Source: Candidatus Brennerbacteria bacterium
GTDB taxonomy: Bacteria > Patescibacteriota > Minisyncoccia > UBA6257 > GWB1-50-10
DNA: 64,000 nt
Reading direction: 5' to 3'
Assembly (NCBI GenBank): GCA_043799565.1
Contig: JAZDNP010000013.1
Span: 5,847 to 69,846 of the forward strand
Below the pieces are notes generated by a model, which was not told the origin of the DNA, did not search any database, and worked only from the letters and a program-made list of their open reading frames with translations. Within the stretch, counting starts at the first letter, position 1, and every line of letters starts with the position of its first letter. Position numbers and translations under genes: made by a program. Positions 51,144-62,084 of this stretch are shown one piece after another.

Positions 51144-53114
51144 TTACGGCGTGCTAGGAGGTGGTGATGGTGGTGGAGGCGGTGCGGCTGCCGGTGTTGC
51201 GGGCGCCGCCGCGGTCCCTGTGTCGTAGAGACGGAGCGAAGCAATTTGGTTTTGCACTTTAGCGAGCTTGTCTGCTGCTTTCACATTCCCTTCAGCGATA
51301 AGTTGCGCTCCGACCGCATCAATCGTCACATCGAGTCGTTCAAACCCTGCGCCTTTGACGTTCCGGAAGAGCTTTGCGACGTCGGCAGGTACATTCACTG
51401 CGATTCCATGTACGAGCGCTTGGCGGAAGGCATCGCTCATTTCTTTCGTCGTGCCCGCCCCTAACTGTTCGATGATCGCTTTTCCAAAAGTGTCGTTTGT
51501 TGGGAGCTTCGGGATTTCATCCGGTTTGAGTTTCTCGATCCACGCCGCCATTGCATCGTCGAGTTTCTTTTTATCCTCCGGCTTTGACATATCACCAGAT
51601 CTCAATATATCGGCAGATGCGAGATCCATACCTGCGGCGACCTCAAACCCTTTCCACTGCCGCGATTCCTTTCCATAGTACGACTCGAAAACCTCCTTGT
51701 TCTTTTGCGTCACATTACCCAGTACATCAGGTTTCCCAGTAGTGCGATTTTGAATGAGTCCCACCGTGCCATTTTTCGCGAGGCGCTCCATAGCGGCGAC
51801 TTTCTCTGGAGCGGAAAGCGTATCCAGGTTTTTAGCAAGATGCGCATCCCCGTATTTCTTGAGCCGTTTGTCGGCATCATCGACAAGCCCGCGTCGCAGA
51901 ACGTCTGCCTGACCGCCTAACGCCATTCCCATGCGCTTAAAGCCTGGAATCCGCTGCAGCCTGCCTGCAAGGCCGGTTCCAAGCTTGGACTCGAGCGCTC
52001 GAGCGCCAGCTTGTTTTGCCTGTCTACCTGCCCACGCTTGGGCACCAGTCTTAGCTTTGTTTGCGATGGCCATACCAATATTTGCTCCCGCAACTCCCAT
52101 TTTCTGCGCAACGATGAGTCCACCAAGCATAATGCCAGCGAGTACAAACATTTGAACACCTTGGGACATGATGCTTATGAGGCCCGCATCAAAAAAATTG
52201 GAACCATCTGCAACGGGCGCAGGTTTTCCTCCCATAGCTTCCAGTGCCGCGAATGCGAGGTAGATGAAAAACGTTGCGATGGGTGCAAAAGTGGCCCACT
52301 TAATAAAATCTTTCCACCAATCTTGGAAGTAGTTTCCGAGGTTCGGCATGACCCAGAAGAGCCATATGATGGGTGCGGTAATACCGAGGAAGGTGAGATG
52401 CAGGTAGCGGAGCAGCAGCATAATAGCAAAAGTGCCGACGACCACAACGCTCAAAAATACGAATACGACATTAAAAATTTGGCCGGCGATGAGATTGAAA
52501 AGTCCTGCGCCGAAAGTACTGATGGCGCCTGCGGCACTTTCGAAGTTTTGCGGGTCGTTTAATCGCTGGGGATTGAATGCGCCTGCGAGCGCGGCGCCGA
52601 GGCCGTTAGGACTCGGAATCCGGTTGAGGAAAAATGCGGTAAAAACGTTCGTGAACTGAAGCACCGCGCCTGCGATCGCAAGCGAGAAATTCACTAGAAT
52701 TGCCGCCGCAATGAGCCGGACCAAAAGCTTCTGGCTTCCATATTTTTCAACGCGAAACATTACACCGAAAGCGATGACGATAATAATAAGCACGAACCCG
52801 AGATTTGCGAGGTCGCGCATAATCTCCCATCCGATTTCAACAAGCTTGTTCTGCGGGTCGAACACTTGGAGGTTCAGATCCATCATGATCCCCGCGATCC
52901 ACGAAAAAAGATTCAGCACGAGTCCTCCGAGGAACCCAATGATGTATGCAACCACGCCAAACGCTTTCCCTATGACGTAACCGGCAATATCACCGATATT
53001 AAAAAGATCGCCGAGGAAGGATGTTTGTGCGTGGGCTGCGAGTGGAAACGCAAGTATTCCTCCTGCAATAAGGAGGAAGAAGAACACGCGAGAATATGAG
53101 GAAAACAATTTCAT
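51144..53114 (-). CDS. VirB6/TrbL-like polytopic membrane protein
   Basis: Signal peptide, then about eight TM helices and a large C-terminal soluble region. Start taken at MKLFSSY; the track ORF extends 36 codons upstream. Confidence 0.5.
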   Translation of the reverse strand: MKLFSSYSRVFFFLLIAGGILAFPLAAHAQTSFLGDLFNIGDIAGYVIGKAFGVVAYIIGFLGGLVLNLFSWIAGIMMDLNLQVFDPQNKLVEIGWEIMRDLANLGFVLIIIVIAFGVMFRVEKYGSQKLLVRLIAAAILVNFSLAIAGAVLQFTNVFTAFFLNRIPSPNGLGAALAGAFNPQRLNDPQNFESAAGAISTFGAGLFNLIAGQIFNVVFVFLSVVVVGTFAIMLLLRYLHLTFLGITAPIIWLFWVMPNLGNYFQDWWKDFIKWATFAPIATFFIYLAFAALEAMGGKPAPVADGSNFFDAGLISIMSQGVQMFVLAGIMLGGLIVAQKMGVAGANIGMAIANKAKTGAQAWAGRQAKQAGARALESKLGTGLAGRLQRIPGFKRMGMALGGQADVLRRGLVDDADKRLKKYGDAHLAKNLDTLSAPEKVAAMERLAKNGTVGLIQNRTTGKPDVLGNVTQKNKEVFESYYGKESRQWKGFEVAAGMDLASADILRSGDMSKPEDKKKLDDAMAAWIEKLKPDEIPKLPTNDTFGKAIIEQLGAGTTKEMSDAFRQALVHGIAVNVPADVAKLFRNVKGAGFERLDVTIDAVGAQLIAEGNVKAADKLAKVQNQIASLRLYDTGTAAAPATPAAAPPPPPSPPPSTP

Positions 53115-53118
53115 GCGG

Positions 53119-55209
53119 TTATGAAGACGGTGGCGGCGTCCAACTGCATGAGTAGGAACCGAGCTGGCAGGCTTGGCGGGCCTGGCCGGTCGTTGTGAGC
53201 TGCTGGGTAAGGAGCGTTTCAAGCTCTAGCTGGCTCACGATGGTGGTCGCAAGGTAGCTCTGTGTGGTACCAAGCGCGCTCACAAATGACTGAAGCTCGG
53301 ATTCCAAAAGATTGGAATTAGCATTGAATTCCCGCTCAATATCTGCCGTTCCTTCAAGCGTTTTTGTGAGATTGGTCCGGTTGGTAGTGAACTGGACGGA
53401 ACGAATTTGAGCGAGAATGAGCGTGGAGGAAGTGCTGCCGCATGCCGCGCCGGAGTTTATATTGTGAGGAATTTCACAATCTACTGAAAGGGCCGTGGAA
53501 GTCGCAATAAGTTCTTTATTGAGCGCAATGAGGCGAGTGAGTGTTGTACTTGCGGACGCCACTTTGGTGCGTATGTCGGGAATTTGCCGTCGGATTTCGG
53601 TTTTGAGCTGTGCGGTGAAGTTTGTAGAAGATGTGAACTCGGAACCGTAGCCGCTGAATGGATCAGCGTCGGTGTATTGTGTCGGGGCCCGTCCCGTGGT
53701 GGTTTCACTGCGCAATCTGGTCGGGCTTCCACGGAGCCCCTTCACCCCCTCTTTGATGATGCGGTTTATTGCGGCATCAAATACCGCATTGGAGTATTTT
53801 GAAAGGTCATTTGCACTTGCGAGGTGTTGAGTGTCGGCGATGAGCGCTACGCCTGCAATTTGCTGCGTGCCTGCGGGTGGAATGGTAATTTCCTCACGAG
53901 AGCATGTGAAGACGACGGAGCCGCCTCCCAAGGCGCTCGCAACACTTTCGTACGCCGCACTTCCCGACGCCGGAGGAAAGAGTGGGTTGGGATAGTCGAA
54001 ATCACTACTGTTCACAGCTCGCCTAGTTTCCTTTGAGCGGCCGCTTAACGTAAGCGCAAAACTTGTCGCGGTCCATTCCAAACACTGGACGACTGGTTTG
54101 TAGCCACCACCCGCGGATGCAAGAAGGGCCGCTTCCCCTTTTTTCTTTGCGGTTTGGCGCATAACCTCGTCCTGCGTGGCAAAGAGTGAACCAGCGAAAT
54201 TATTGTTAGGACTGAACGATTCTGCGTATGCAAGCGGTCCACCCGCAGAAAAGTCGTCATAAAATCCTTGGATATTTTCTACAATATCATCCAACGTGCA
54301 GCTCGCACTTTCCGAAAATTTTGGGATGGGAGCGAGAAGTGGGGGTATGCGAGCGCGGAGCGGCGAGCAGAGTTCCGCAAGGCCAAGTTCACGTGCGGTG
54401 TCGCCGACCGCCGCCTGCCCCGCTTCCTCAAGAAAGTCGCCGAAGTTTGTGATGAATTTGGGGTCGCGTCCATCCGATATCCAACCGACAATGTCGTCGG
54501 TCATGCGATCCAAAAGGCGCTTCCGGAATTTTCCAAGCGCGATTTTAAATGCCTCATCTTTAATCGCCTTCATGCAGTTTCCAAACTGTATCTTTTCCGT
54601 TTCTTTAAGTTGCTTGCCCGTTTCCTCCACTTGCTGTGGCCCCCCTCCTCCCCCGCCGAAGATGTCGCCAAGCCCGAGCGCATCTCCAATACCGCTAAGT
54701 GCGCTACCCAAGCCAGGAATGGCCAAATCAAGCCCCAAACTCGCTAAATTTTTAATCCCGAGCTCTTTCCCCAGTAATTTAACCGCACCTTTTCCTAAAT
54801 CCTTAACCGCGCCTAAGGCCTTATCTCCTATTTGGTCAACCGCTGCGTCCACAGTGCATTGCTTCACCGCATTTGCAGTAGATGGAGTTTCGCCGGTGCT
54901 TATAGGAGCAGGGGCAACCGGAGATACGCGGCGGTTACAAGCGAAAATGGGGAACGTAAAGATTCTCTTGTAATACTCAAAGTCCGGAGAGCCGATCGCT
55001 GGAGGAACTTCAGGGTCTTCGTACGGGAAAAGAAAATTTACCGGCACTACAATTTCCGAAAAAATCCCATCGCTCTTTCTTGTGCCGCTTATTTTCCAAT
55101 CAAGGCAAGTGTCACCCGCCGTTTGTGCAAAAACTGAGGGAATGGTGCCAAAAGGCGCAATGAGCATCGCGGCTACGAGTAGGGATAAAATTTTGAAGAA
55201 AATACGCAT
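53119..55209 (-). CDS. large secreted protein (T4SS-like operon), unknown function
   Basis: Signal peptide; 696 aa with Gly-rich linkers and a coiled-coil-like C-terminus. Confidence 0.4.
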   Translation of the reverse strand: MRIFFKILSLLVAAMLIAPFGTIPSVFAQTAGDTCLDWKISGTRKSDGIFSEIVVPVNFLFPYEDPEVPPAIGSPDFEYYKRIFTFPIFACNRRVSPVAPAPISTGETPSTANAVKQCTVDAAVDQIGDKALGAVKDLGKGAVKLLGKELGIKNLASLGLDLAIPGLGSALSGIGDALGLGDIFGGGGGGPQQVEETGKQLKETEKIQFGNCMKAIKDEAFKIALGKFRKRLLDRMTDDIVGWISDGRDPKFITNFGDFLEEAGQAAVGDTARELGLAELCSPLRARIPPLLAPIPKFSESASCTLDDIVENIQGFYDDFSAGGPLAYAESFSPNNNFAGSLFATQDEVMRQTAKKKGEAALLASAGGGYKPVVQCLEWTATSFALTLSGRSKETRRAVNSSDFDYPNPLFPPASGSAAYESVASALGGGSVVFTCSREEITIPPAGTQQIAGVALIADTQHLASANDLSKYSNAVFDAAINRIIKEGVKGLRGSPTRLRSETTTGRAPTQYTDADPFSGYGSEFTSSTNFTAQLKTEIRRQIPDIRTKVASASTTLTRLIALNKELIATSTALSVDCEIPHNINSGAACGSTSSTLILAQIRSVQFTTNRTNLTKTLEGTADIEREFNANSNLLESELQSFVSALGTTQSYLATTIVSQLELETLLTQQLTTTGQARQACQLGSYSCSWTPPPSS

Positions 55210-55212
55210 GAA

Positions 55213-55983
55213 TTAAAGATTCGCGCTTTTCAGATTTGCTACCAGAGTTACCATAAGCGCATCTTCCTCGTCCGCGGTTATGGAAAGCGAATCTACCGCG
55301 GCTACAACCTTCAACGGGTCCTCCCCGCTTTGAAGGATGTGGCTTGCAATCGTCGCGCGCTTTTGCCATAAGTTCATGAGTCCAAGGTGAAATGGAACGA
55401 GCGGCGAAGGGACGGTAATGGTAAGAAGGTCGCCCGCGTAGGCGGCCATTGCGTTGCGATGTAGTCGGAGCGGTGTTTCATCCCCCTCGCTTACAAACTT
55501 TGCGACCGCAGTCAGAAGAAACTCATTCACATTCCGAAAACGTTCGGCTTGAATTTGCGCGAGAGCGACGAAGTAACGTGCAAGCTCCTCTTTGTCTTTG
55601 AGCGGCGCGGTGCGGAGATCCTGTACCGTGTATGTCTTGAAAATTAAAGGAATCTCCACAACTTTTGCGATGATGGACTCCACCGTGCCTTCCGGCGGGA
55701 GCGCAATAGCTCTAGCGTCGCTTCCTGGCTGGTTCAGCTTGAGTATTTCTTCGCCGTAGCGCTGTGCAACGAGTTCGGTAAGATTCGTATCAGCGCCCTC
55801 TCCCAAAAAGCCCTGGAGGGCGGAGCCGCTTTCTCCGTAGGCGAATGCGGAACCGTTCCCTCCTCCCGCAGAAATAGTGAGAGCTTCGTTGCTGCTAACT
55901 GAAGTGGCAGCAAGCCGAGTAATAGAAAATGCACCAACCAATCCTCCCGCGAGGACGAGTATCGCGATGGTTTTCCTTCTCAT
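55213..55983 (-). CDS. secreted hypothetical protein (first visible gene of the T4SS-like operon)
   Basis: Signal peptide; 256-aa ORF. Confidence 0.4.
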   Translation of the reverse strand: MRRKTIAILVLAGGLVGAFSITRLAATSVSSNEALTISAGGGNGSAFAYGESGSALQGFLGEGADTNLTELVAQRYGEEILKLNQPGSDARAIALPPEGTVESIIAKVVEIPLIFKTYTVQDLRTAPLKDKEELARYFVALAQIQAERFRNVNEFLLTAVAKFVSEGDETPLRLHRNAMAAYAGDLLTITVPSPLVPFHLGLMNLWQKRATIASHILQSGEDPLKVVAAVDSLSITADEEDALMVTLVANLKSANL

Positions 55984-55989
55984 TTCCCA

Positions 55990-56805
55990 TCAATTATACA
56001 CCATTTTTACGAGCATTTTGACGTGTTCGGGTGTGAGAAGAGCGGCGCGCGCATTTTCTTTGACTCCGAGTGCGCGTACAAGTGTTTTTGCGTGCTCTTC
56101 CGTGGTTGAAAATCCCTCACGGATATTGTTCAAAAGTGTTTTTCTGGGATGTCGGAACGCGATTTTTGCAATTTCAAAGCAATGAGGTGTCCACGCCGGC
56201 AAAATATTGGAATTTGGTGTGAGAGTAAGGAGCGCAGATGTAACTTTTGGAGGTGGCGAAAAGGCTCCGCGCGGGACAGTAAAGACAATTTTCGGCTTTG
56301 CCCACCCTTGGAGCGTCATCGCAAGAAGATTCATTTGAGGCGGTGCCGTGCAGGCACGTTCTGCGACCTCTTTTTGAATAAGGAGAGCGATTTTTGCGAC
56401 TGATAGGCCGCCACTGACCACTAGGTCGCCGATGAGGCGGAGAAGAAAACCGGTGAGATAGTAAGGAATATTTCCGGTAATAGAACAACCCGCCACAAGG
56501 GACGGGTGGCTAGCGGCGAGCGGAGCAAGAACCTTGCGAACGTCGCCTTCAATGATTTCAATATTTTTTTGCCCTTCGTATTTTGTGCGGAGGAACGAAA
56601 CAAGTGTGCGGTCCCGCTCAATCGCGATTATCTGCTTTGCGCCCGCGCCAAGAAGCGCGTCGGTTAGCTCTCCATGCCCTGGGCCAATCTCGACTACGCA
56701 GTCGCTCGTTACTAGTTTTTCGCCATCAGTCGCTAAGACCTCGCGCGCGATGTGAGCGAGTATGTCTTTGTCTTTTAGAAAATGTTGTCCGAGCCGAGTC
56801 CCCAT
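55990..56805 (-). CDS. rsmA: 16S rRNA (adenine1518/1519-N6)-dimethyltransferase
   Basis: HFLKDKDILAHIA and the SAM-binding VVEIGPGHGELT motif. Confidence 0.85.
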   Translation of the reverse strand: MGTRLGQHFLKDKDILAHIAREVLATDGEKLVTSDCVVEIGPGHGELTDALLGAGAKQIIAIERDRTLVSFLRTKYEGQKNIEIIEGDVRKVLAPLAASHPSLVAGCSITGNIPYYLTGFLLRLIGDLVVSGGLSVAKIALLIQKEVAERACTAPPQMNLLAMTLQGWAKPKIVFTVPRGAFSPPPKVTSALLTLTPNSNILPAWTPHCFEIAKIAFRHPRKTLLNNIREGFSTTEEHAKTLVRALGVKENARAALLTPEHVKMLVKMVYN

Positions 56806-56806
56806 A

Positions 56807-58347
56807 TTATTCCTGTTTTACACGATATTGGAGTGCTTCAGCGAGGTGAGGTGCTGAAACCTGCGCGGCACGGTCGAGGTCAGCGATAGTGCGCGCGACC
56901 TTGAGAACGCGGTAGTAACCGCGCGGTGAGAGAAGAGAGCGATCGAGCGCGCGTTTCAAAAGAATATCGGCATCATTTTCCAACGTTACGAATTGTTCCA
57001 CCTCTTTTGAGCTCATCTCGCTATTTGAGAAGAGCGGGCGCTCATTACCCTTGAATCGTTCCGCTTGGAAATCGCGTGCGGCATGGACGCGCGCGCGGAA
57101 ACGTTCATCGTTCCCTCTCTCGCTGCCGCTCGACGCATGAAGCTCTTCGGTGCTTATGCGCGGTACCTGAAGTTGGATATCAATCCGGTCTAAAAGTGGT
57201 CCCGAAATTTTACGCTGATAGCGGAAAACTTCCGCGGCGCTACAACGGCATTCATGGACTGGATCTTCAAAGTATCCGCACGGGCATGGGTTCATTGCGG
57301 CAATGAGCGCAAAACGTGCAGGAAATATCAGTGTTTTTTTCGCTCGCGCAATCTGAATTTCTCCGTTTTCCAAAGGCTGACGAAGTCCTTCCAAAACATC
57401 GCGATGGAATTCTGGGAATTCATCCATAAAAAGCACTCCACGATGCGCAAGAGAAACTTCTCCGGGACGCGGAGATGTGCCTCCTCCGAGTATTGCGACT
57501 GCGGAAGCGGTGTGATGCGGCGCTCGGAACGGGCGAAAGTTCACGAGCGGATTTTGTGCGGTGAGGCCCGCAGCGCTCCATATTCTTGTGGTATGGAGCA
57601 TTTCCTCGTCGGTAGGTGGAGGGAGAATCCCTGCGAACGCCTCCGCGAGCATCGTCTTCCCGGTGCCCGGAGGACCCGAGAGGAGCACGTTATGACCTCC
57701 CGCCGCTGCGACGAGGAGTGCGCGCTTTGCCGTTTCGTGGCCGCGAATATCTGCGAATGATGTTTTGCTCTGGTTTGCGCGTGGGATGAGCTGAGTTTTG
57801 GGAAGCGGTTGAATAAGCACACTCCCCTCAAGGTGCGCCACCACATCGCGGAGCGTAGCGACGGGGAATACGCGTATATCCGGAATGGCGGCGGCCTCTG
57901 GAGCGTTTTCTTGCGGAACAAAAAGTTCTTTGAACCCGTGTTCTTTCGCGAAGAGCGCAATATTCAAAGCGCCCGTGACCGCGCGCAGTGCGCCGTCAAG
58001 TGACAGCTCTCCGATAAATAGTTTGCGAGAAGCATCAAACGGTTTTATTTGTTCGCTCGCGAGAAGATACGCGAGCGCAATCGCGAGATCAAAGTGTGAG
58101 CCAGTTTTCTTTATATCGGCAGGAGCGAGATTTATGGTGATGCGCCGGTTCTCGCGCGTGGGAGGGCGAACGCCGATATGTTTGAGTGCCGAATTCACTC
58201 GTTCCTTTGATTCCGCTACCGCCTTGTCGGCAAGTCCGACGATGGTGAATGAATGGAGGCCGACGTTCAGGTCGGCCTCCACCTCGATCGCGTTCGCATC
58301 GATGCCATCCAGCTCCGCAGTGAAGAGCTTAGGAACTGTGGTCACAC
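56807..58347 (-). CDS. YifB/ComM-family Mg-chelatase-like AAA+ ATPase
   Basis: Lon-like N-terminal domain and AAA+ Walker A LLSGPPGTGKTMLA. A probable GTG start overlaps the dksA-like stop (GTGTGA); the track ORF extends upstream to 58522. Confidence 0.7.
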
Positions 58348-58677
58348 TTTCTTTTGCTTGCAGGTCTTGCAGTGAGATGATTCCGGATCCACCGCAAGGA
58401 GTTCCGGTTCCATCTCTTTGCCGCACGACTCGCAGACGCCGTAGGTTCCAATGTTGATTTTCGCGAGCGCAAGCCGCACACGCGCAAGTTGGCGGCCAAG
58501 GACACGCTTCAGCCCTATCCATGTTCCAAACTCTTCCGCCTCATCCGCCTCCTCCTCAAAGTGGTCGGTTTCGTCGCCGAAATTCAAATCCTTTTTGAAG
58601 TCCGCGAGTTGCACCTCAAGCTTCTCTTCTTTCTCCTTCAGCTTCGCTTCCAATTTTTTGCGATCATCTCCTTTCAT
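58342..58677 (-). CDS. DksA/TraR-family C4 zinc-finger protein
   Basis: Coiled-coil N-terminus and a CESCGKEMEPELLAVDPESSHCKTC C4 finger. Confidence 0.6.
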   Translation of the reverse strand: MKGDDRKKLEAKLKEKEEKLEVQLADFKKDLNFGDETDHFEEEADEAEEFGTWIGLKRVLGRQLARVRLALAKINIGTYGVCESCGKEMEPELLAVDPESSHCKTCKQKKV

Positions 58678-58843
58678 CCCGTTTAGAAATAATAGAGCAT
58701 GCTCGACCGCTTTGTGTTTGCGAGTTTCTGCTTTTGGAGGTTCATAAACATTATGGTAATGCTACCAAGATTTCTAACGGGATTCATGTCGTTAAAAATA
58801 GTCCGCCGAGAGGCGGATGTCAAAGCCCGTATTATGGCGTTCC

Positions 58844-59977
58844 CTAGAAACCGAGCAGTTCCGCCGCGGCTTCGGCACCGGTGAGGTTCGTAGAGAGGAG
58901 GAGATTCCGACCAAACCATGTGTAGGAAAAAGTAGCTCCGGGGGCCTCAAATGACACCTGGGATGCCGGTTTTTCGCGCACGCTCCCATCAACCCACACC
59001 CCCTTCTCACCCGGGTCCTCAAGGAAGAAGTTCGCTAGGTCGGGGTTTGCTTGAAGCGTGCCCATCCCGTCCTGTACTGGTCCTATGGGCGCACCCGCTC
59101 TGAGCTGGACCACCATGCCGAACCAGGTACCGCTGGGCTCCGCATAGGTGAAATACGTGGCATCCTCGTCGAATGAAGAAAGGAGAGAGGAGGTAAAGAA
59201 GGTCGGCGCAATGAGGGTTGCGAGTTTTGAGAATGGAAGTATGTTCCCGGACGGCATCTTAACGACCACTTCGCTCATGAGAGGCGTGGCGACAGAGCCG
59301 GAAGGAAGCGCGGATTTAAAAGCCTGAAGCGTTGGCGCGGTAAGGATAACTTCGGTGACAGTGTCGGCTCTTGTCGTGAAAAGTGAATCGTGAGAAGAGA
59401 CGCCTTGAATGCCGCTCCATGGATCTACCACAGGCGTTTCGGGAGCTTCTCCGGTGGAAGTCGCTGATTCTTCAAACGGGTGGATTCCCGAAGTTCCGGA
59501 ATTTTCCGGCTCGGGAAGAACGGGAGCCGCGGGTGGAGGCGTTACTGCCGGAACTTCTCCCATAAAAAGTGGATAGACGAAGAAATATCCGATGGCACCG
59601 AGTGCGACCACAATGAGAAACGAAAGAACCGCAACAAAGATTTTTTTACCTCCCGTTTTAGGCGTTGCGGGCGGAATGATCGGCGAAGACGGGATGCTTA
59701 AAGATGGGGGCATGCCACCTACCGGTGGGACCGGAGGGGCGCCGCCTACCCTTGGGAATGTCCCACTCACCGCAATACCGGGAGGAGGAACAATGGGTTT
59801 TACGGGCGATGGCGTGTAAGGAGCAGGTTCGGAACCTCCCGTGCTTCGAATTGAGCCGAGGTCGGAAGAGAACGTGCGCGTTTCAAGCGACGGAGAAGGA
59901 GGTGTCACGGGACGGGGTGCGAGCGGTGACTCCCCCTCTCCAGTCCCTATTTGTGGCTTAAATGAGGATCCTTCCAT
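58844..59977 (-). CDS. hypothetical membrane protein with a Pro-rich cytoplasmic N-terminus
   Basis: Single TM near residue 115, then a 250-aa extracytoplasmic domain. Confidence 0.4.
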   Translation of the reverse strand: MEGSSFKPQIGTGEGESPLAPRPVTPPSPSLETRTFSSDLGSIRSTGGSEPAPYTPSPVKPIVPPPGIAVSGTFPRVGGAPPVPPVGGMPPSLSIPSSPIIPPATPKTGGKKIFVAVLSFLIVVALGAIGYFFVYPLFMGEVPAVTPPPAAPVLPEPENSGTSGIHPFEESATSTGEAPETPVVDPWSGIQGVSSHDSLFTTRADTVTEVILTAPTLQAFKSALPSGSVATPLMSEVVVKMPSGNILPFSKLATLIAPTFFTSSLLSSFDEDATYFTYAEPSGTWFGMVVQLRAGAPIGPVQDGMGTLQANPDLANFFLEDPGEKGVWVDGSVREKPASQVSFEAPGATFSYTWFGRNLLLSTNLTGAEAAAELLGF

Positions 59978-60028
59978 ATGGAGGGATTATAGCACGTTCT
60001 GAATTCGGCGCTTCTGTGGAAAACTTTT

Positions 60029-62077
60029 TTACTTTCCCTCAAGCCGCTTCAGGGAAAGCGCGATGCGGTCGCCTTCCACCCTCACCACGAGCGCTTTCAC
60101 CTTGTCGCCCATATGTACTACGTCTTCTACCTGTTTTACGAATCCTTCGCGAAGCTCGGAAACGTGTATCATGCCGTCACGCCCACCCCCGAGGTCCACA
60201 ATGGCGCCGAATTCCAGTATTTTCACAATGTTGCCCTCCACCACATCGCCGGGCTCATAGTCCTTTACCAGACTTGAGACCATTTCATATGCGGCTTTTG
60301 CGTGCTCCGCATTCACGCTTGCGATGAACACGCTCCCGTCGTCTTCAATGGAGATTTCCACGTCGCCGCCCGCGGTCTCCACCATGCCGTTGATGGTTTT
60401 CCCGCCCGGTCCTATGACGAGCCCGATCTTTTCTACCGGAACGGTGAGAGTAAGAATGCGGGGCGCGAACGATGAAAGTTCCGCGCGGGGCGCCGCAAGC
60501 GCGCCGGTAACCGTTTTCAAAATATGAAGACGTGCCTTCTTTGCATCCGCGATTGTCGCCTTAAATATGTCTTCGGTGATGCCCACTATCTTCGTGTCCA
60601 TTTGTATCGCGGTCACGCCGTTTTCGGTCCCGGCAACTTTAAGATCCATGTCACCGTAGTGATCCTCCGGTCCTTGAATGTCGGTCAAAACCTTGAAAGC
60701 ACCTTTTCCGTCCGTCATAAGACCCATCGCGATGCCCGCCACATGCTTTTTCATCGGCACTCCCGCATCCATGAGTGCAAGACATGTTGCGCACGCCGAA
60801 GCCATGGAGGACGAGCCGTTGGAAGAAAGGGTTTCGGCAACCACGCGAATGGTGTACGGGAATTCCGTCTTCGGAGGAATTAGGTTTCTTACCGCCTTTG
60901 AGGCAAGATTGCCGTGTCCTATCTCGCGCCTTCCGGGGCCGCGCGAGCGCTTTGCTTCACCTGTGGAAAATCCAGGGAAATTGTAGTGGAGCATAAAGCG
61001 CTGATGGGTGATGCCTTCCATACTTTCCACGAGTTGTTCACCTGCGGGGCTTGCGAGCGTGACCACCGCAAGCACTTGCGTATCACCGCGCATGAAAAGC
61101 GCGGAACCGTGCGTACGTTTGAAAAGTCCGACTTCCGCATACAGAGGTCGCACTTCGTCCAGTTTTCTCCCGTCAGGACGTTCATCACGCGCCATTATTC
61201 CTTCGCGCACGTGGGCGTCCACCGCATCCTCAAATATTTGGTCGGCGTTTCCGATATGCGGTGCGGTTGTCTCGTTCTCGGCGAGCGCCGCCATGAGCAA
61301 CTGTTTCAACTCTTCAAGCTTCTTTTCTTTTATCGCCGCTGCGAGTTTGTCTTTCAGGAACTCATGCACCGCGCGAACGGTTTCGCCGTCGTGCTCGGAA
61401 ACGAGGTTCTCCATTTTCGGCTTTCCGATTTCGCCCACAATTTTCTCCTGGAATGCGATAAGCCGATCTATCTCGCGCTGTCCTTTTACAAAAAGCTCCG
61501 CTGCTTTGTCTTCCGCGATTTCAACTCCCTCAAACTCAATCATATTCACCTTTGCCTTCGGACCCGCGAAGAGCGCGTGGTAGCGGAGCGAGCCGTCTTC
61601 GTTTTTTTCGATGAAAGGAACGCCTGCTACGGGGCCATTCCAGGGAATGTCGGAAATGGAAAGCGCCGCGGAGGTCGCAAGGAGCGAGAGCGCATCGGGG
61701 TCGTGCACTTCGTCGTATGAAAGAATGGTAATGGTTACCTGCACTTCGCGGCGAAGACGGGCGTCAAAAAGGGGACGAATGGTGCGGTCAATGAGGCGTG
61801 CGGAAAGCGTGGCCTCGTCCGTAGCTCTCCCTTCGCGGCGCACAAAACGGCTTCCGAGTATCTTCCCTGCCGCATAGAAACGTTCCTCGTAATCCACCGT
61901 GAGCGGGAAATAATCGCCGGACGTTTCCTTGTTTCCTAAGACGACGGTAGCGAGCACTATCGTGTCGCCATGCTTTCCGATGACTGCACCGTTCGCCTGG
62001 TGTGCAATTTCCGAAACCTCCAATGTAACGAGGTCTCCTCCGAGCTCTGTTTCAAATATTTTCCTGTTGAGTTTCAT
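60029..62077 (-). CDS. pnp: polyribonucleotide nucleotidyltransferase (PNPase)
   Basis: Two RNase PH domains, KH and a C-terminal S1 domain (GDVVEGNIVKILEFGAIVDLGGG). Confidence 0.9.
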   Translation of the reverse strand: MKLNRKIFETELGGDLVTLEVSEIAHQANGAVIGKHGDTIVLATVVLGNKETSGDYFPLTVDYEERFYAAGKILGSRFVRREGRATDEATLSARLIDRTIRPLFDARLRREVQVTITILSYDEVHDPDALSLLATSAALSISDIPWNGPVAGVPFIEKNEDGSLRYHALFAGPKAKVNMIEFEGVEIAEDKAAELFVKGQREIDRLIAFQEKIVGEIGKPKMENLVSEHDGETVRAVHEFLKDKLAAAIKEKKLEELKQLLMAALAENETTAPHIGNADQIFEDAVDAHVREGIMARDERPDGRKLDEVRPLYAEVGLFKRTHGSALFMRGDTQVLAVVTLASPAGEQLVESMEGITHQRFMLHYNFPGFSTGEAKRSRGPGRREIGHGNLASKAVRNLIPPKTEFPYTIRVVAETLSSNGSSSMASACATCLALMDAGVPMKKHVAGIAMGLMTDGKGAFKVLTDIQGPEDHYGDMDLKVAGTENGVTAIQMDTKIVGITEDIFKATIADAKKARLHILKTVTGALAAPRAELSSFAPRILTLTVPVEKIGLVIGPGGKTINGMVETAGGDVEISIEDDGSVFIASVNAEHAKAAYEMVSSLVKDYEPGDVVEGNIVKILEFGAIVDLGGGRDGMIHVSELREGFVKQVEDVVHMGDKVKALVVRVEGDRIALSLKRLEGK

Positions 62078-62084
62078 GAAATGT

